Below are positions 38,476-51,525 of a stretch of 64,000 bases of DNA, one piece after another; the stretch's first letter is position 1, and the number at the start of each line of letters is the position of its first letter. The notes under the pieces are model-generated. The model saw only the letters and a program-made list of their open reading frames with translations. It searched no databases and was not told the DNA's origin. Origin of the DNA: Octopus sinensis (Eukaryota); NCBI RefSeq assembly GCF_006345805.1, contig NC_043014.1, positions 41,106,001-41,170,000 on the forward strand, in the 5' to 3' direction. Position numbers and translations under genes: made by a program.

Positions 38476-39896
38476 CTGTGTGTCTGTGTATATAAAAGGA
38501 ATAACTGGGGAATTATAAATACTGTTGCAAAGTATGCATTTTTATTTCGGTTTCTTCATAGGTTCTTGATAGCATGTCCACCCAGTTCTCAGGAAATACA
38601 ATCTGACCTCACTAATGTTTTGTATTTCATCATCATACATGTCAAATTCCACGCATTGCGTAATCCATGAATGAGGGATTGTGTCCTATGTTTTCAGTAG
38701 TCGACATATTCCGTTGAAAAAATCTTATTGTTGCTGTCTGAAATGTTATTTTTTCTGTGCTTGAGGTTGTGGTTAGTCCATTTCCTCGGATAATTATATC
38801 AGCTATTAGCTTTATCTATAATTTCCTCATCTGTGATAAACTTGGAGTATACCCGTAGTTTTTCTTCTTGCTGTCTTATATTTTTGTATGTAGGTGGTCT
38901 TCTCGATTATATAAAGGGAAAACGATTGTGTCCGTCCAAATTTATTTCAATACAGTGTTAAGAAGGATGGACAATCGATTTTGTTATGCTTTTTACCGTC
39001 TTCTAAACGGGACATACGGACACACAGAGACATACAAGTACAAACCCATCTGTCTACGCACACAAAGATACGTGTATAAACAGACACAAACACACATGTA
39101 TTACATAGTTTTATATAAACATACATACACTCTCACATATACATGCATGCGTATTTTACAAGCTGATAATAGTATAACACGTATACACAAAACGTCATTA
39201 GAAAAATGGGAGTTGCAAAACCACGAGCCAAAGTGACATCACCAGCCAGACAATTACAGAAAATGGTTGGGATTTTCGTCTCACTTCTTGAAATTGGTGA
39301 ATGGACACTGCTTCCTGAGAAGTACACCATATGTTTTAGTCTTTCGACCGACCAAGAACGACAAAGGATACATTAATGAGTTTCAGCAGAGTAGCAGATG
39401 ACGAATAGCAATTTACGTATACAGTTGTAGGTACCATATTTATATGTATTCGTATATGTGTGTGTGGTCATCGTTTCTGCTTGCAGGCATAGAAGAGCAG
39501 AGTTACATAAATATACTTTGGAGATAATGGTATGGGGGGTAGGTTGGTGTACGATGAATGGATATAGATGGGATGGCATGAAACATTTCACGAAAATACG
39601 TACATGGAATCAAAGATGTGAATACACGTAAAGTGAGTGAGTGAAAGAGAGAGAGAGACAGAGACAGACAGAGAGATAAATACAGATATAGTCTGATAGA
39701 TAGATAGATAAATAGATTGATAGATTAAGAGAGAGAGATGGAGAGAGCGAGGAAGAGAGGGAGGCTGAGAAAGAGATAGAAAGAAGGAGAGAATAGACAG
39801 CTAGATAGATAGACAGATAGATACATGGGGAGAAGAAGGGAGGAAGAAAGAGTTAGAGACAGGGAGAGAAATAGATAGATAGATATAGATAGAAAG

Positions 39897-39929
<33 letters not shown>

Positions 39930-39949
39930 CAGAGAGATAAATACATATA

Positions 39950-39966
39950 TAGACTGATTGATTGAC

Positions 39967-40049
<83 letters not shown>

Positions 40050-40052
40050 ATA

Positions 40053-40094
<42 letters not shown>

Positions 40095-40155
40095 TAGAGA
40101 TAGATAGATAGATAGATTAGATAGATAGATAGATAGATAGATGATAGATAGATAG

Positions 40156-40227
<72 letters not shown>

Positions 40228-40333
40228 GAAGAGAAGAAGGGAGGGAGAAAGAGTTAGAGAGATGGAGAGAAATTGATAGATAGAGAGAGAAAGAAAGGGG
40301 GAAAGAGGGACAAAGAGAGAGAGAGAGAGAGAA

Positions 40334-40370
<37 letters not shown>
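39950..40370. repeat. (GATA)n/(TA)n/(GAAA)n compound microsatellite
   Basis: Directly visible. Confidence 0.95.
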
Positions 40371-40372
<2 letters not shown>

Positions 40373-41242
40373 CAGAAGGAAGAAATGGGAATATTTTCAG
40401 CGATTTCGCCCAAAGCACATTTTATACGAAAAATACAAACAGAGAAAAATATCTCAAAGATGTATCGATGTGCATTTTCGTTTTCTGCAATATGGTGGAC
40501 ACATACATCCACACACGTGATGTCCGAATAAGATTTTCTCCGGACAACGTATGAAATATAAGGCCCGTATGCTTAATTCGAGAAACTTCTTTTGAGTACT
40601 GAGGGGGATTAGATTTGAAAGAGAAAGCGTTTTGTATAGATTGCCTGAAGAATAAGGATTAGCTAGCAAGTATTAAAGTGGTCGTAAAGTATTGTATTTA
40701 GTACAGAAACGGTAACTTTAAGAATGATCAGAAATTTACTATTAGAAATACATTGCTGGCTATTGTTTACGACAGACCATTGTTTCTAACGTCAATTTGG
40801 AATTATGAGTAATGGAAAACGTAACTATTGCTTGGTTCAAAAGATATTTATGTTTGATTCAAAGATATTTCGTATCCTGATGTCTTGAGAGCTGTTTCTT
40901 TCTATGGTTAAGTCGAACAACAATAGTGGCGCTTATAAAGATTTATTTAGCAATAAATAAAGGAAAAAAGGCTTGTCTTTTCAATCCAGTGATGGAGTCC
41001 CCATGAATTCATTCGATTTGTTAGAAATGGCAGTTCTTTATTTTATAACGCCGAGTCAGTCCAGTTTTAGTCACTTGGGTGATGGTCGGAATTCTTCCAC
41101 AAAAAAAATTTTTTCATCAAAATTTAAGGATTTCTTTTCCAAATTATCTTGTCTTCTCAAAACTGTTAAACATAGACTGACGAGTAAGGGAATGATAATT
41201 GCATCAGTGCTATAATGCAGATGCTACATTTATTATTGTGAA

Positions 41243-41567
41243 GGCGCATGGCTCAGTGGTTAGAGCGCCGTGCTTACGATCGTGAGGTTGTGAGCTCGAA
41301 TCCCGGACCGGGCTGCGTGTTGTGTTCTTGAGCAAAACAACTTTATTTCACGTTGCTCCAGTTCACTCAGCTGTAGAAATGAGTTGCGACATCACTGGTG
41401 CCAAGCTGTATCGGCCTTTGCCTTTCCCTTGGATAAAATCGGTGGTGTGGAGAGGGGAGGTCGGTATGCATGGGCGACTGCTGGTCTTCCATAAACAACC
41501 TTGTGCCTTGGAGAGTAACTTTCTAGGTAAAATCCCATGGTCTGTGTCGTGACCGAAGGGGGTCTCA
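41243..41567 (+). mobile_element. tRNA-derived CORE-like SINE family D
   Basis: GGCGCATGGCTCAGTGGTTAGAGCG head, B-box GCTCGAATCCC and CORE-like TGTTCTTGAGCAAAACA segment. Confidence 0.85.
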
Positions 41568-43209
41568 GAACATTTATTATTATAGACCACAAAAAGTAGA
41601 GACACGATTGTCAGGTTATATTAACGTAATATTACTCATCACTGGCAACAAGGTTTACTAAGGCTTAAAGTTCTAAATGAAATTAATAAAGTAACAATGC
41701 GAATTCGAAATATTCATGCCATGTCTTGATGTCGCAGTCTCACTGATACTGGAAGATTATATTTACATTTAATACAAATTAAAGATGATAAACTTATTTG
41801 TTTATATCACGATTTAATTTTTGCTTTATATTATATTTCACAACTTAAGGGGTTATTGACTTCAAACTTAACACGCAATTTTACTCATAAGCCTTGAAGT
41901 GATCAATATTTCGTATTCGCGCTATCTTATGATCATTTTGAAAATACTGAGGACAAATTTGCTTTTGATCAGGAGTTTAAGAGAAAATTTACTGTCATGA
42001 ACTCGTGAACTAAAGTCTCTCATTTCACTCTTTACTTTGTTGTGTATATCAAAAGAAACTTTTCTCATTTCATTTCGTTTTATTTCATTTTTGTTACTCT
42101 TTCTCTCTTCTCATTTCATCTTTACTTATTTCTACCTATGTCCTCCTTAACCTTTATATTTTAATTTCACTTTGTTTATTTTCGCCGTTTTTCTATCTTA
42201 TCTTTCATTACTTCTTAGATTCGTAGATTTCCAACACTTATTAAAATTTTTTTCTCAGTAAATATCTTCTTATTTAATCTTTTTCCTACTACCTCCATTT
42301 TCCCACACTTTTTTGTCTTCCGTATTCTTATCCGCAAGATGGTAGAAAAAAAAAAGCGAATTTTAAAACTTTCATTGCTCATTTAAACATCAGAATTCAG
42401 CGGAGCTAAATTTGGTTGTTGTGTGGAGTCACATGGCCAAATGGTCAACGAATCGCGAGTTCGAATCTCAGACCGAGCGGTGTGTATGTTTATGAGCGAA
42501 ACACCTAAGCTCCACGCGGTTCCAGCAGACGGTAATGGCGAACTTCTGCTGACTCTTTCGCCACAACTTTCTCTCACTATGTATATAAGCCATGTAAAAT
42601 ATTGAATTTATAATTTCTGATTTGATATTATTTCTAACTGTTATAAATATGTTTGACTCATCAAGATAACAATAAAAAAAAAAGGTAGGCTGAGTAACAC
42701 TTTCTCTTATAAAATCTTAGAACATTGCATGCTTGCCAGCGTCAAATCTTCGTTAGTTTTACTCAATTCTTAATTAAACCAAATTCGTTATTTAAATATT
42801 AAGATGTTAGAAAATCGTTCCTGTTAAATTCTCACTTGTATCTCTTCCTTATAATTTCCTGATTTGGAGCCATGTTACTTTAACCACGTTCGTTTGGCTA
42901 CTTTAGAATGAATGATATTCAGAAATATATCTCTTCAACATCTGCTGCACGCTATCTATCTTGTTACTCCACTTCCGCCACGCAACAATTAAGAGGACGA
43001 TCTAATCGCTATCCAGTGATTGCATAAGCTGGCCTCTGGTACACTCACTTAATTTCCTAGATCAGTTTTCTTCCTTCATCCCCGTCTGTCATGCTTCTTC
43101 TATTTTCTACTCATTTAGTTTCCTGTCTGTCCATATTTCTTTCTTCTCTTTGTTTCTTAGCACAAGTCTTTCATTGCTTCATTTTTCCATTCGTACTTTC
43201 GTTCGGTTC

Positions 43210-43566
43210 CTTTATTCCGTTTCGTTTCGTTTCTTTCTTTCCTTCTTTCTTTCTTCCTTTCTTTCTTTCTTTCCTTCTTTCTTTTCTTCTTTCCTTCTTT
43301 CTTTCTTCATTCTTTCTTTCCTTATTTCTTTCTTCATTCTTTCTTTCCTTCTTTCTTCCTTTCCTTCTGTTTTCCATTCTTTCTTTCTTTCTTTCTTTCT
43401 TTCTTTTTCTCTTTCTTTCTTTTCTTCTTTCCTTCTTCATTCTTTCTTTCCTTCTGTTTTCGATTCTTTCTTTCTTTCTTTCTTTCTTTCTTCTTTCTTT
43501 CTTTCTTTCTTCATTCTTTCTTTCCTTCTTTCTTCCTTTCCTTCTGTTTTCCATTCTTTCTTTTTT

Positions 43567-43602
<36 letters not shown>

Positions 43603-43672
43603 TTTTTCTTCTTTCCTTCTTTCTTTCTTCATTCTTTCTTTCCTTCTTTCTTCCTTTCCTTCTGTTTTCCAT

Positions 43673-43725
<53 letters not shown>

Positions 43726-44131
43726 ATTCTTTCTTTCCTTCTTTCTTCCTTTCCTTCTGTTTTCCATTCTTTCTTTCTTTCTATCTTTCTTTCTCTCTTT
43801 CTTTATTTTCTTCTTTATTTCTTTCTTCCTTTTTTCCCTACTTTCTTCCTTTCTTTCCTTCTTTCTTCTTCTTTCTTTCTTCTTTCCTTGTTTTCCATTC
43901 TTTCTTCTTTCTATCTTTTCTTTCTATCTTTCTCTATTTCTTTCTTTCTTTCTTTCTTTCTTCCTTTTTTCCCTACTTTCTTCCTTTCTTTCCTTCTTTC
44001 TTCCTTTCTTTCCTTTCCTTCTTTCGTTCCTTCTTCCTATCTCTCTCTCTCTCTTTCCGTTTCTTTCTTCCTTTCTTTCTCTCTCGCTCCGTTTCTTTCT
44101 TTTTCCTCTCTCTCTCTCCGTTTCTTTTTTC

Positions 44132-44167
<36 letters not shown>

Positions 44168-44168
44168 T
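43210..44168. repeat. ~1-kb polypyrimidine (TTTC)n-based tract with higher-order units
   Basis: Directly visible; source of the 357-360 aa F/L/S ORFs. Confidence 0.95.
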
Positions 44169-44446
44169 TGTAAACAGCGGTTCGTCACATAATACGATAA
44201 AGTATTGTAAATCTGCAACCTAAGTCCTTTACGCTCATTACGTCCCGCGTTCAAATTCTACTGGAATGTATTTTGACTTTCATCTCTCCGGATCGATAAA
44301 AGAAAGTACCAGTCAAGTACTGGGGTTGATGTGATCAACCTTCCCTCATTCTCCAAAACTGCTGGCTGTGTGTCAAAGTTGAAAAGATTATAAAGAATAT
44401 TGTCATAAAATATGTTTCACGTTCTGAAGTATTAATGAAAAATGCA

Positions 44447-44545
44447 TGTGCCTGGTGTACCCTTATCAGACGGGTAGTCATGATGGGTATACTGGGCTTC
44501 GTATATTTTACCCCAGTGTCACTTTAATGGCATGCACTGCAATCT
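44447..44545 (+). mobile_element. Family E retroelement 3' end followed by (TAA)n
   Basis: Reverse complement of 23943-24050. Confidence 0.75.
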
Positions 44546-44581
44546 CACTTAATAATAACAATAATAGTAATAAAAGATGAA

Positions 44582-44800
44582 AAATATTCAGAGAAATACA
44601 CAACAAAATCACGATGACTAACAAATATATATAACATACAGAAAATTGCACTACTGGGCAATGCACACATCCTACGTAAATCACTTTGAATACGGTAACC
44701 ATGAGCGCATCACAGCAAACCACAGTACATACCCAAGAAGGCACACAGAGCTGTGTTTGGTAGTGCAGTGAAAACACGTTATAAAAATAAAACTACTGAA
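44582..44800 (+). mobile_element. Dong/R4-clade LINE 3' end (RLE C-terminus plus UTR)
   Basis: KYSEKYTTKSR*LTNIYNIQKIALLGNAHILRKSL* resembles the R4/Dong C-terminal ALLGTAHILRK; followed by (TAA)n. Confidence 0.75.
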
Positions 44801-44832
44801 TAATAATAATGATGATAATAATAATAATAATG

Positions 44833-44884
<52 letters not shown>

Positions 44885-44888
44885 TAAT

Positions 44889-45000
44889 GGGCACACCAGG
44901 CACATCAGAGCATCACAACAAATCACAGCACATACCCAAGGCACACAGAGCTGCGCTCGGTAGTGAAGTGAAAGCACACTATAAAAATAAAACTACTGAC
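44889..45000 (+). mobile_element. Second Dong/R4-like 3' UTR copy within the same TAA tract
   Basis: Homologous to 44700-44800; followed by (TAA)n and then (TGA)n. Confidence 0.7.
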
Positions 45001-45094
<94 letters not shown>

Positions 45095-45631
45095 TGATGA
45101 TGATAAGACGAATAAAATTGAAATAACCATGTCAATAGATATATTTTCTTCTTCATTTGCATGTTTCAATATACGTGTCTTTCCGGAGTTAACTCATTGC
45201 TTCCGGCTGTCACTTTCTTTACTTTGAATTGTGCTCTGTGAAGATTTCCTGGCATTTGAAGATGTTCTTTAACTAAATTTCTAGCTTCACAGGAATCAGT
45301 TCAAAGGGAAGGAGATCTGAAATTCCTGTAAAGATCTCTAAAAAGGACATTGAGGATCGATTCGTATCATCTTCGACACCAGTATCAATAACGGCAATTC
45401 TATTACACCACCATCACTAAAACAAGTATTTCAGTCTTCATCACCCTGACTCCCACCACTATCACAGATACCAACACTGTGACCAGCACAACAACAACCG
45501 CACTACTACAAACACCGCAGCCGTCATCGTTACCACCACCACTAACAATAACAACATCAACAACAACAGTCCTACTACTTTCTATACTAACATCTATATT
45601 TTAACTTTCGTTATTATGATAGGCGTGTGGA

Positions 45632-45870
45632 GGCGCGTGGCTTAGTGGTTAGGGTATCAGCACCATGATCGTAAGATTATGGTTTCGATTCCTGGACCGG
45701 GCGACGCGTTGTGTTCTTGAGCAAAACACTTCATTTCACGTTGCTCCAGTCCACTCAGCTGGCAAAAATGAGTAAAGCTACGATGGACTGGCGTCCCGTC
45801 CAGCTGGGGAACACATACGCCATAGAAACCAGGAAACCGGGCCCATGAGCCTGGCTAGGCTTTAAAAGGG
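45632..45870 (+). mobile_element. SINE, family D head with a V-domain-like body
   Basis: Family D head followed by CTACGATGGACTGGCGTCCCGTCCAG, shared with 26500-26590. Confidence 0.75.
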
Positions 45871-45898
45871 CGCATTTATTATTTATTATTATTCTGAT

Positions 45899-46311
45899 AG
45901 ACGGTGTGGTAAGTAGCTTGCTTACCAACTACATGGTTCAGTCCCACTGCGTGCTACCTTGGGTAAGTGTCTTCTAGTATAGCCTCGGACGACCAAAGCC
46001 TTGTGAGTGGATTTGGTAGTCGGAAACTGAAAGAGAAGCCCATTGTATATATATATTATATATATAATATATATATATATATATAAGTGTTGTGTGTGTA
46101 CATGTTGGTGTGTCTGTGTTCGTCCACCTAACATCGCTTGACAACCGGTGCTGGTGTGTTTACGTCCCCGTAACTTAGCGGTTCGGCGAAAAAAGACCGA
46201 TAGAATAAGAACTAGGGTTACAAAGAATAAGTCTTGGGTTCGATTTGCTCGACTAAAGGCGGTACTCCAGCATGGCCACAGTCAAATGACTGAAACAAGT
46301 AAAAGAGTAAA
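45899..46311 (+). mobile_element. SINE family A, near full length
   Basis: Head to tail homology. Confidence 0.85.
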
Positions 46312-46674
46312 TATCTGTCAATCTTATTTCCCCTGTCGCCACTGCTGTATATAATCGCAACTGTAGCATATTATCAGAAGTAAAGGCAGAAAAAAAGAGA
46401 GTAAAGACGAATACATGGTGACGATTAATAATGTTAAAAGCTGGAAAGAATCTCGGAAACCGTTGGGTAGAATGGAACCCACTTAATTTCGTGGTTGTTA
46501 TTTGTATGTTTTTGGTACTTAGTTGTACACAAAGCAAAATAACGAAGCACTTGTTAGTTATACAACGTTGCCTTCCGTACCATTCCTAGAACGGACAGCT
46601 GATCAAATCCTTGAAACGCATTCGTAATACAGAAATTCAGGATCCAAGAAATCTAGATGGCAGAAATAGTTAAG

Positions 46675-47106
46675 GGATCTTTTCGGTTTGAACGGCAGTT
46701 TTTAACATAATTTCTAGGTAAAAACTTTTAAACTTCGTATACTGGTAGAATGTGTTTATAAAACACCTTTTTCTCTTGGCTTTATTGAGAAAATTCTATA
46801 GTTTGTAAGATATTTGTTGTTTTTTTTTACTTCAATTTCTGCAATTTCAACCAATGAAATACGTCTATTGAGGTAAAAAAAAACATTCTGTGCCGTATGA
46901 ATATGTCCCTCGTTTAATAACTGATTGGGTTTATTTACATTTGTGAAGAAAAAAATACCCTTCCCCCCAACCCTAACCCTAACCCTAACAAACCCTAACC
47001 CTAAAACAGATTGAAATGCAATAGATCGATACTAGGGTCATAATAATGGGTGACAATTTCATATGATACCGCTAGAAAAAAACTGTCGTTCAAACCGAAA
47101 AGATCC
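46675..47106 (+). mobile_element. MITE with 29-bp GG-starting TIRs and an 8-bp TSD (Merlin-like), containing internal (CCCTAA)n
   Basis: TIRs GGATCTTTTCGGTTTGAACGGCAGTTTTT / AAAAACTGTCGTTCAAACCGAAAAGATCC. TSD TAGTTAAG at 46667-46674 and 47107-47114. The superfamily assignment is inference. Confidence 0.85.
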
Positions 47107-47840
47107 TAGTTAAGTTCTGTTGAGGAAATTCCGGATAATGGAACGTTAGAGGTATCAGGTGGTGGTGGTGGGGGTGAAAAGTGAAGGGCAAAGAAATGCA
47201 TTTTGGGGTTGGGTAAATCTGAGACATGGGGGTAAGGCAGAAGTACGATCGGGGGCTAGAGCTCAACATAGGGTTGCACTGGTGCCTGGTGCTGGGCAAC
47301 CCGTGTAGGAGAAAAAGTGAAGCGTTTGATCGAAGTTTGACTTGAAGTTTGAGTGTTGGTTACAAGGTGTAGAAATTCTGTGAAAGAGAAAGTTGATTTA
47401 ATGGGAGTTTGAGTAGGATCAGAAGAAATCTTTTAGTTACTATGGCAACTAAAACCGAAACAAATAAATTTTAATATAGCGTAGATCATTTTAACTCACG
47501 GTAACAAAAACATTAATTGGAGAACTTTCTACAATCTCTTGCACTGAACACACACTTTGTGTAATAAAAAATTGTCTATACCTGCTCTTTATTCTAAGTC
47601 GGTGAACGAAACATAGCTGCTGTTTCTAGCATAATGATCAAACACGGTAGGTGCCTCAAAGTTATCTCGTGTACACTGCATTTTCTATAGAGGGTCGATT
47701 AAGTCTTTTTTTTCTCTAGCAGGCTCAACAGTTATCTTGAAAGGCAGTTGCAAAGTCATGTATACATTTAAGTACCACAAATATATCCAAATCGAAATTC
47801 CGTAGCAAGCATTCGGGGATAACTATATTTTTATGAATTA

Positions 47841-48071
47841 AAGGCGGTGAGCTGGCAGAAACGTTAGCACGCCGGGCGAAGTGCTTAGCGGTATTTCGTC
47901 TGGTGTTACCTTCTGAGTTCAAATTCCGCCGAGGTCGACTTTGCCTTTCATCCTCTGGGGGTCGATAAATTAAGTACCAGTCTCGCACGGATCGATGTAA
48001 TCGACTTAATCCCCCTGTCTGTCCTTGTTTGTCCCCTCTATGTTTAGCCCCTTGTGGGCAGTAAAGAAATA
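47841..48071 (+). mobile_element. SINE family B with a 15-bp TSD
   Basis: TATATTTTTATGAAT (47824-47838) and TATATTTTTGTGAAT (48072-48086). An empty-site paralogue lies at 48561. Confidence 0.88.
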
Positions 48072-48493
48072 TATATTTTTGTGAATCTCTGTTACCTTGC
48101 TTTCCTCGTTTCGGTACATGGTGTAATAATACAAGTAAAAATATTTCATATGGTTAGACTATTTAGCGTCTATTTTTCAGCATATTGGCAAAGAATTTTT
48201 TTTCTTTTTGCCCTTATTTATAATTGTATAATTTTCACCTTAAAAGGCATTTTTCATATGCTTGCCACTGATAAAATGTTTTAATAAAATATTATCCTTA
48301 TATTAAAAGTAAATTAATTTTCATTCACTTCGGGACTGGTTAACCACTTCTATGCATTTACTGACCGACTACACTTGTGACAAGGCTTGCTACGGAATTT
48401 CTATTTGGATATATTTGGGGTGCTTAAATGTATACATGACTTTGCATCTGCTTTTTCGTTGATATGTCTAAGTATTTCATTTATTTTCATTTT

Positions 48494-48562
48494 GTGTTCC
48501 TCGCTGATGAAGGAAGAATCCTTTGTGGATTAATCCAGAAATCGGAATCGATTCCGGAATAA
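48494..48562 (+). ncRNA. Type I hammerhead-like fold with A.A at the base of stem II
   Basis: GTGTTCCTCG-CTGATGA-A-GGA-AG-AATCC-TTTGT-GGATT-AA-TCC-A-GAAA-TCG-GAAT-CG-ATT/CCGGAATAAC. The stem I proximal part is weak. Confidence 0.5.
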
Positions 48563-49494
48563 CTATATTTTTATGAATTTCTGTTACTTCCTTTCCTCGC
48601 TTCGGCCCATAGTGTAATAACAGAAGTGAAAATATTTTATGTGGTTAGACGATTTGGCGTCTATTTTTCAGCATATTGGCAATATTTTGTTTACTTTTTC
48701 CCTTATTTATAATTGTATATATATATATACATATATATTTATATGCGTGCGTCTCTATGTGTATATATGTGTATATGTATGAACTTCGTATAAAGACCCA
48801 CATAAACAGAAAGTAATAAAGTTTAAGTAAATTAGTATGCTAATGGCTTCTGTGTAAACTTCTTAGCAAATAAATCTGTTATTGTTGCCTAAGGATTACG
48901 AAGCCATAGCTGAACAAGATCTTGCGATGAGATTCATTAAAATCCTAAAGGTGCTTACAAAATAGACTTAGGTTGCTGCTACTGAGATTTAATCTCTTAT
49001 TTAAGCTTTCGCTTATAGCTTCGATTTAAATCTCAGAAGAATTTTATGTATTGCACAGCTGTTGTGTTTGAAAATATCGAGAGTTTTGATTTTAACAAAT
49101 AATTTAATGTCGGCCATAATTTCTTGTTTAGTATCAACCTGTTGCTGGTGACATAGCGCGTTAGTTGTTGATTTTTAATCTGCATTATATAGACACACCT
49201 ATACATACATACGCACGCCAGTACAAACACACACACTCCTACACATTCCATAGAATCACGTACATATGTATACACAAGTACCAATATGTATTTATTGTGC
49301 TAGAGATTTTATGGCTGTTTTCTTCCTCAATATTAGCAGAAGTTTTACTTTCGATTTATATTGTCTTTTCTTTTTATCTTTTCTTGTTTTATTTTCCTCC
49401 CTGTCGATTGTCCGGTGGCGGACAGTAAATCGTGTACACTGTCATAAAATATTGCAAGAAAAAACTACATTTACAATTATATTTACATACACAC

Positions 49495-50350
<856 letters not shown>

Positions 50351-50359
50351 TATAATAAG

Positions 50360-50688
50360 TAGGATCGTGGTTTCAATTCCCAGACCGGCCGTTGTGAGTA
50401 ATTATTGAGCGAAAACAACTAATCTCCACGAGGCTCCGGCAGAGGGTGGTGGCGAACCCTGCTGTACTCTTTCACCACAACTTTCTCTCACTCTTTCTTC
50501 CTGTTTCTGTTGTATCTCTATTTCAAAAGGCCAGCCTCGTCACACTCTGTGTTACGCTGAATCTCTCCGAGAACTATGTTAAGAATACACGTGTCTGTGG
50601 AGTGCTCAGCCACTTGCACGTTAATTTCACGAGCAGGCTATTACGTTGATCGAATCAACTGGAGCCCTCGTCGTCGTAACTGACGGAG

Positions 50689-50692
<4 letters not shown>
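50360..50692 (+). mobile_element. SINE, family C head and body with a third type of 3' extension
   Basis: Family C homology to ~50505, then a distinct tail ending ...GTAACTGACGGAGTGCCA. Confidence 0.7.
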
Positions 50693-50729
<37 letters not shown>

Positions 50730-50777
50730 TATACACACACACATACGTACATACATAGTATATACTCGCGGGTGCGT

Positions 50778-50809
<32 letters not shown>

Positions 50810-50882
50810 TGATAAAAATGGTAAGACAACAAAAGAATGAAAGAGACCTCGATATTATGTAAATATAGGAATTTATCTGTAT

Positions 50883-50953
50883 GGCCGGATAACTGAAGAG
50901 ATGGCGGCGTGGATTTCCACTTCGGCATCCGAAACTCGGAGTTTTATCATGGC
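50883..50953 (+). ncRNA. Type I hammerhead ribozyme fold in a short TA-embedded element (50808-50992)
   Basis: GGCCGGATAA-CTGAAGA-GATG..GTGGATTTCCAC..CATCC-GAAAC-TCGGA-GTT/TTATCATGGC. Stem I GATAA:TTATC is a perfect 5 bp. Confidence 0.6.
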
Positions 50954-51014
50954 TACCGAATAATTGTCACATATTACATTTACAGATATATAACAAATAT
51001 ATATCTTTCTTTCT

Positions 51015-51224
51015 TTCTTTTACTTGTATCAGTAATTTGACTGTGGCCATGCTGGAGCACAACCTTTAGTCGAGCAAATCGACCCCAGGACTTATTCTTT
51101 GTAAGCCTAGTACTTACTCTATCGGTCACTTTTTGCCGAACCGCTAAGTGACGGGGACGTAAACACACCAGCATCGGTTGTCAAGCAATGCTAGGGGGAC
51201 AAACACAGACACAAAAACACACGC

Positions 51225-51273
<49 letters not shown>

Positions 51274-51427
51274 TACGATAGGCTTCTTTCAGTTTCCGTC
51301 TACCAAATCCACTCACAAGGTATTGGTCAGCCCGGGGCTATAGCAGAAGGCACTTGCCCAAGATGCTACGCGGGGGACAGAACCCAGAACCATGTGGTTG
51401 GTTAGCAAGCTACTTACCACATAGCCA

Positions 51428-51430
<3 letters not shown>
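51015..51430 (-). mobile_element. SINE family A, near full length
   Basis: Homology to 57-484. Confidence 0.85.

Positions 51431-51525
<95 letters not shown>

Noticed and set aside
43091-44223. 357-360 aa ORFs, and similar F/L/S-, Y/I- and H/T-rich ORFs throughout the track
   Set aside because: They are translations of (TTTC)n, (TA)n and (CA)n microsatellites.
46970-47003. (CCCTAA)n as a telomere or chromosome-fusion relic
   Set aside because: It is an internal part of a MITE present four times in the window.
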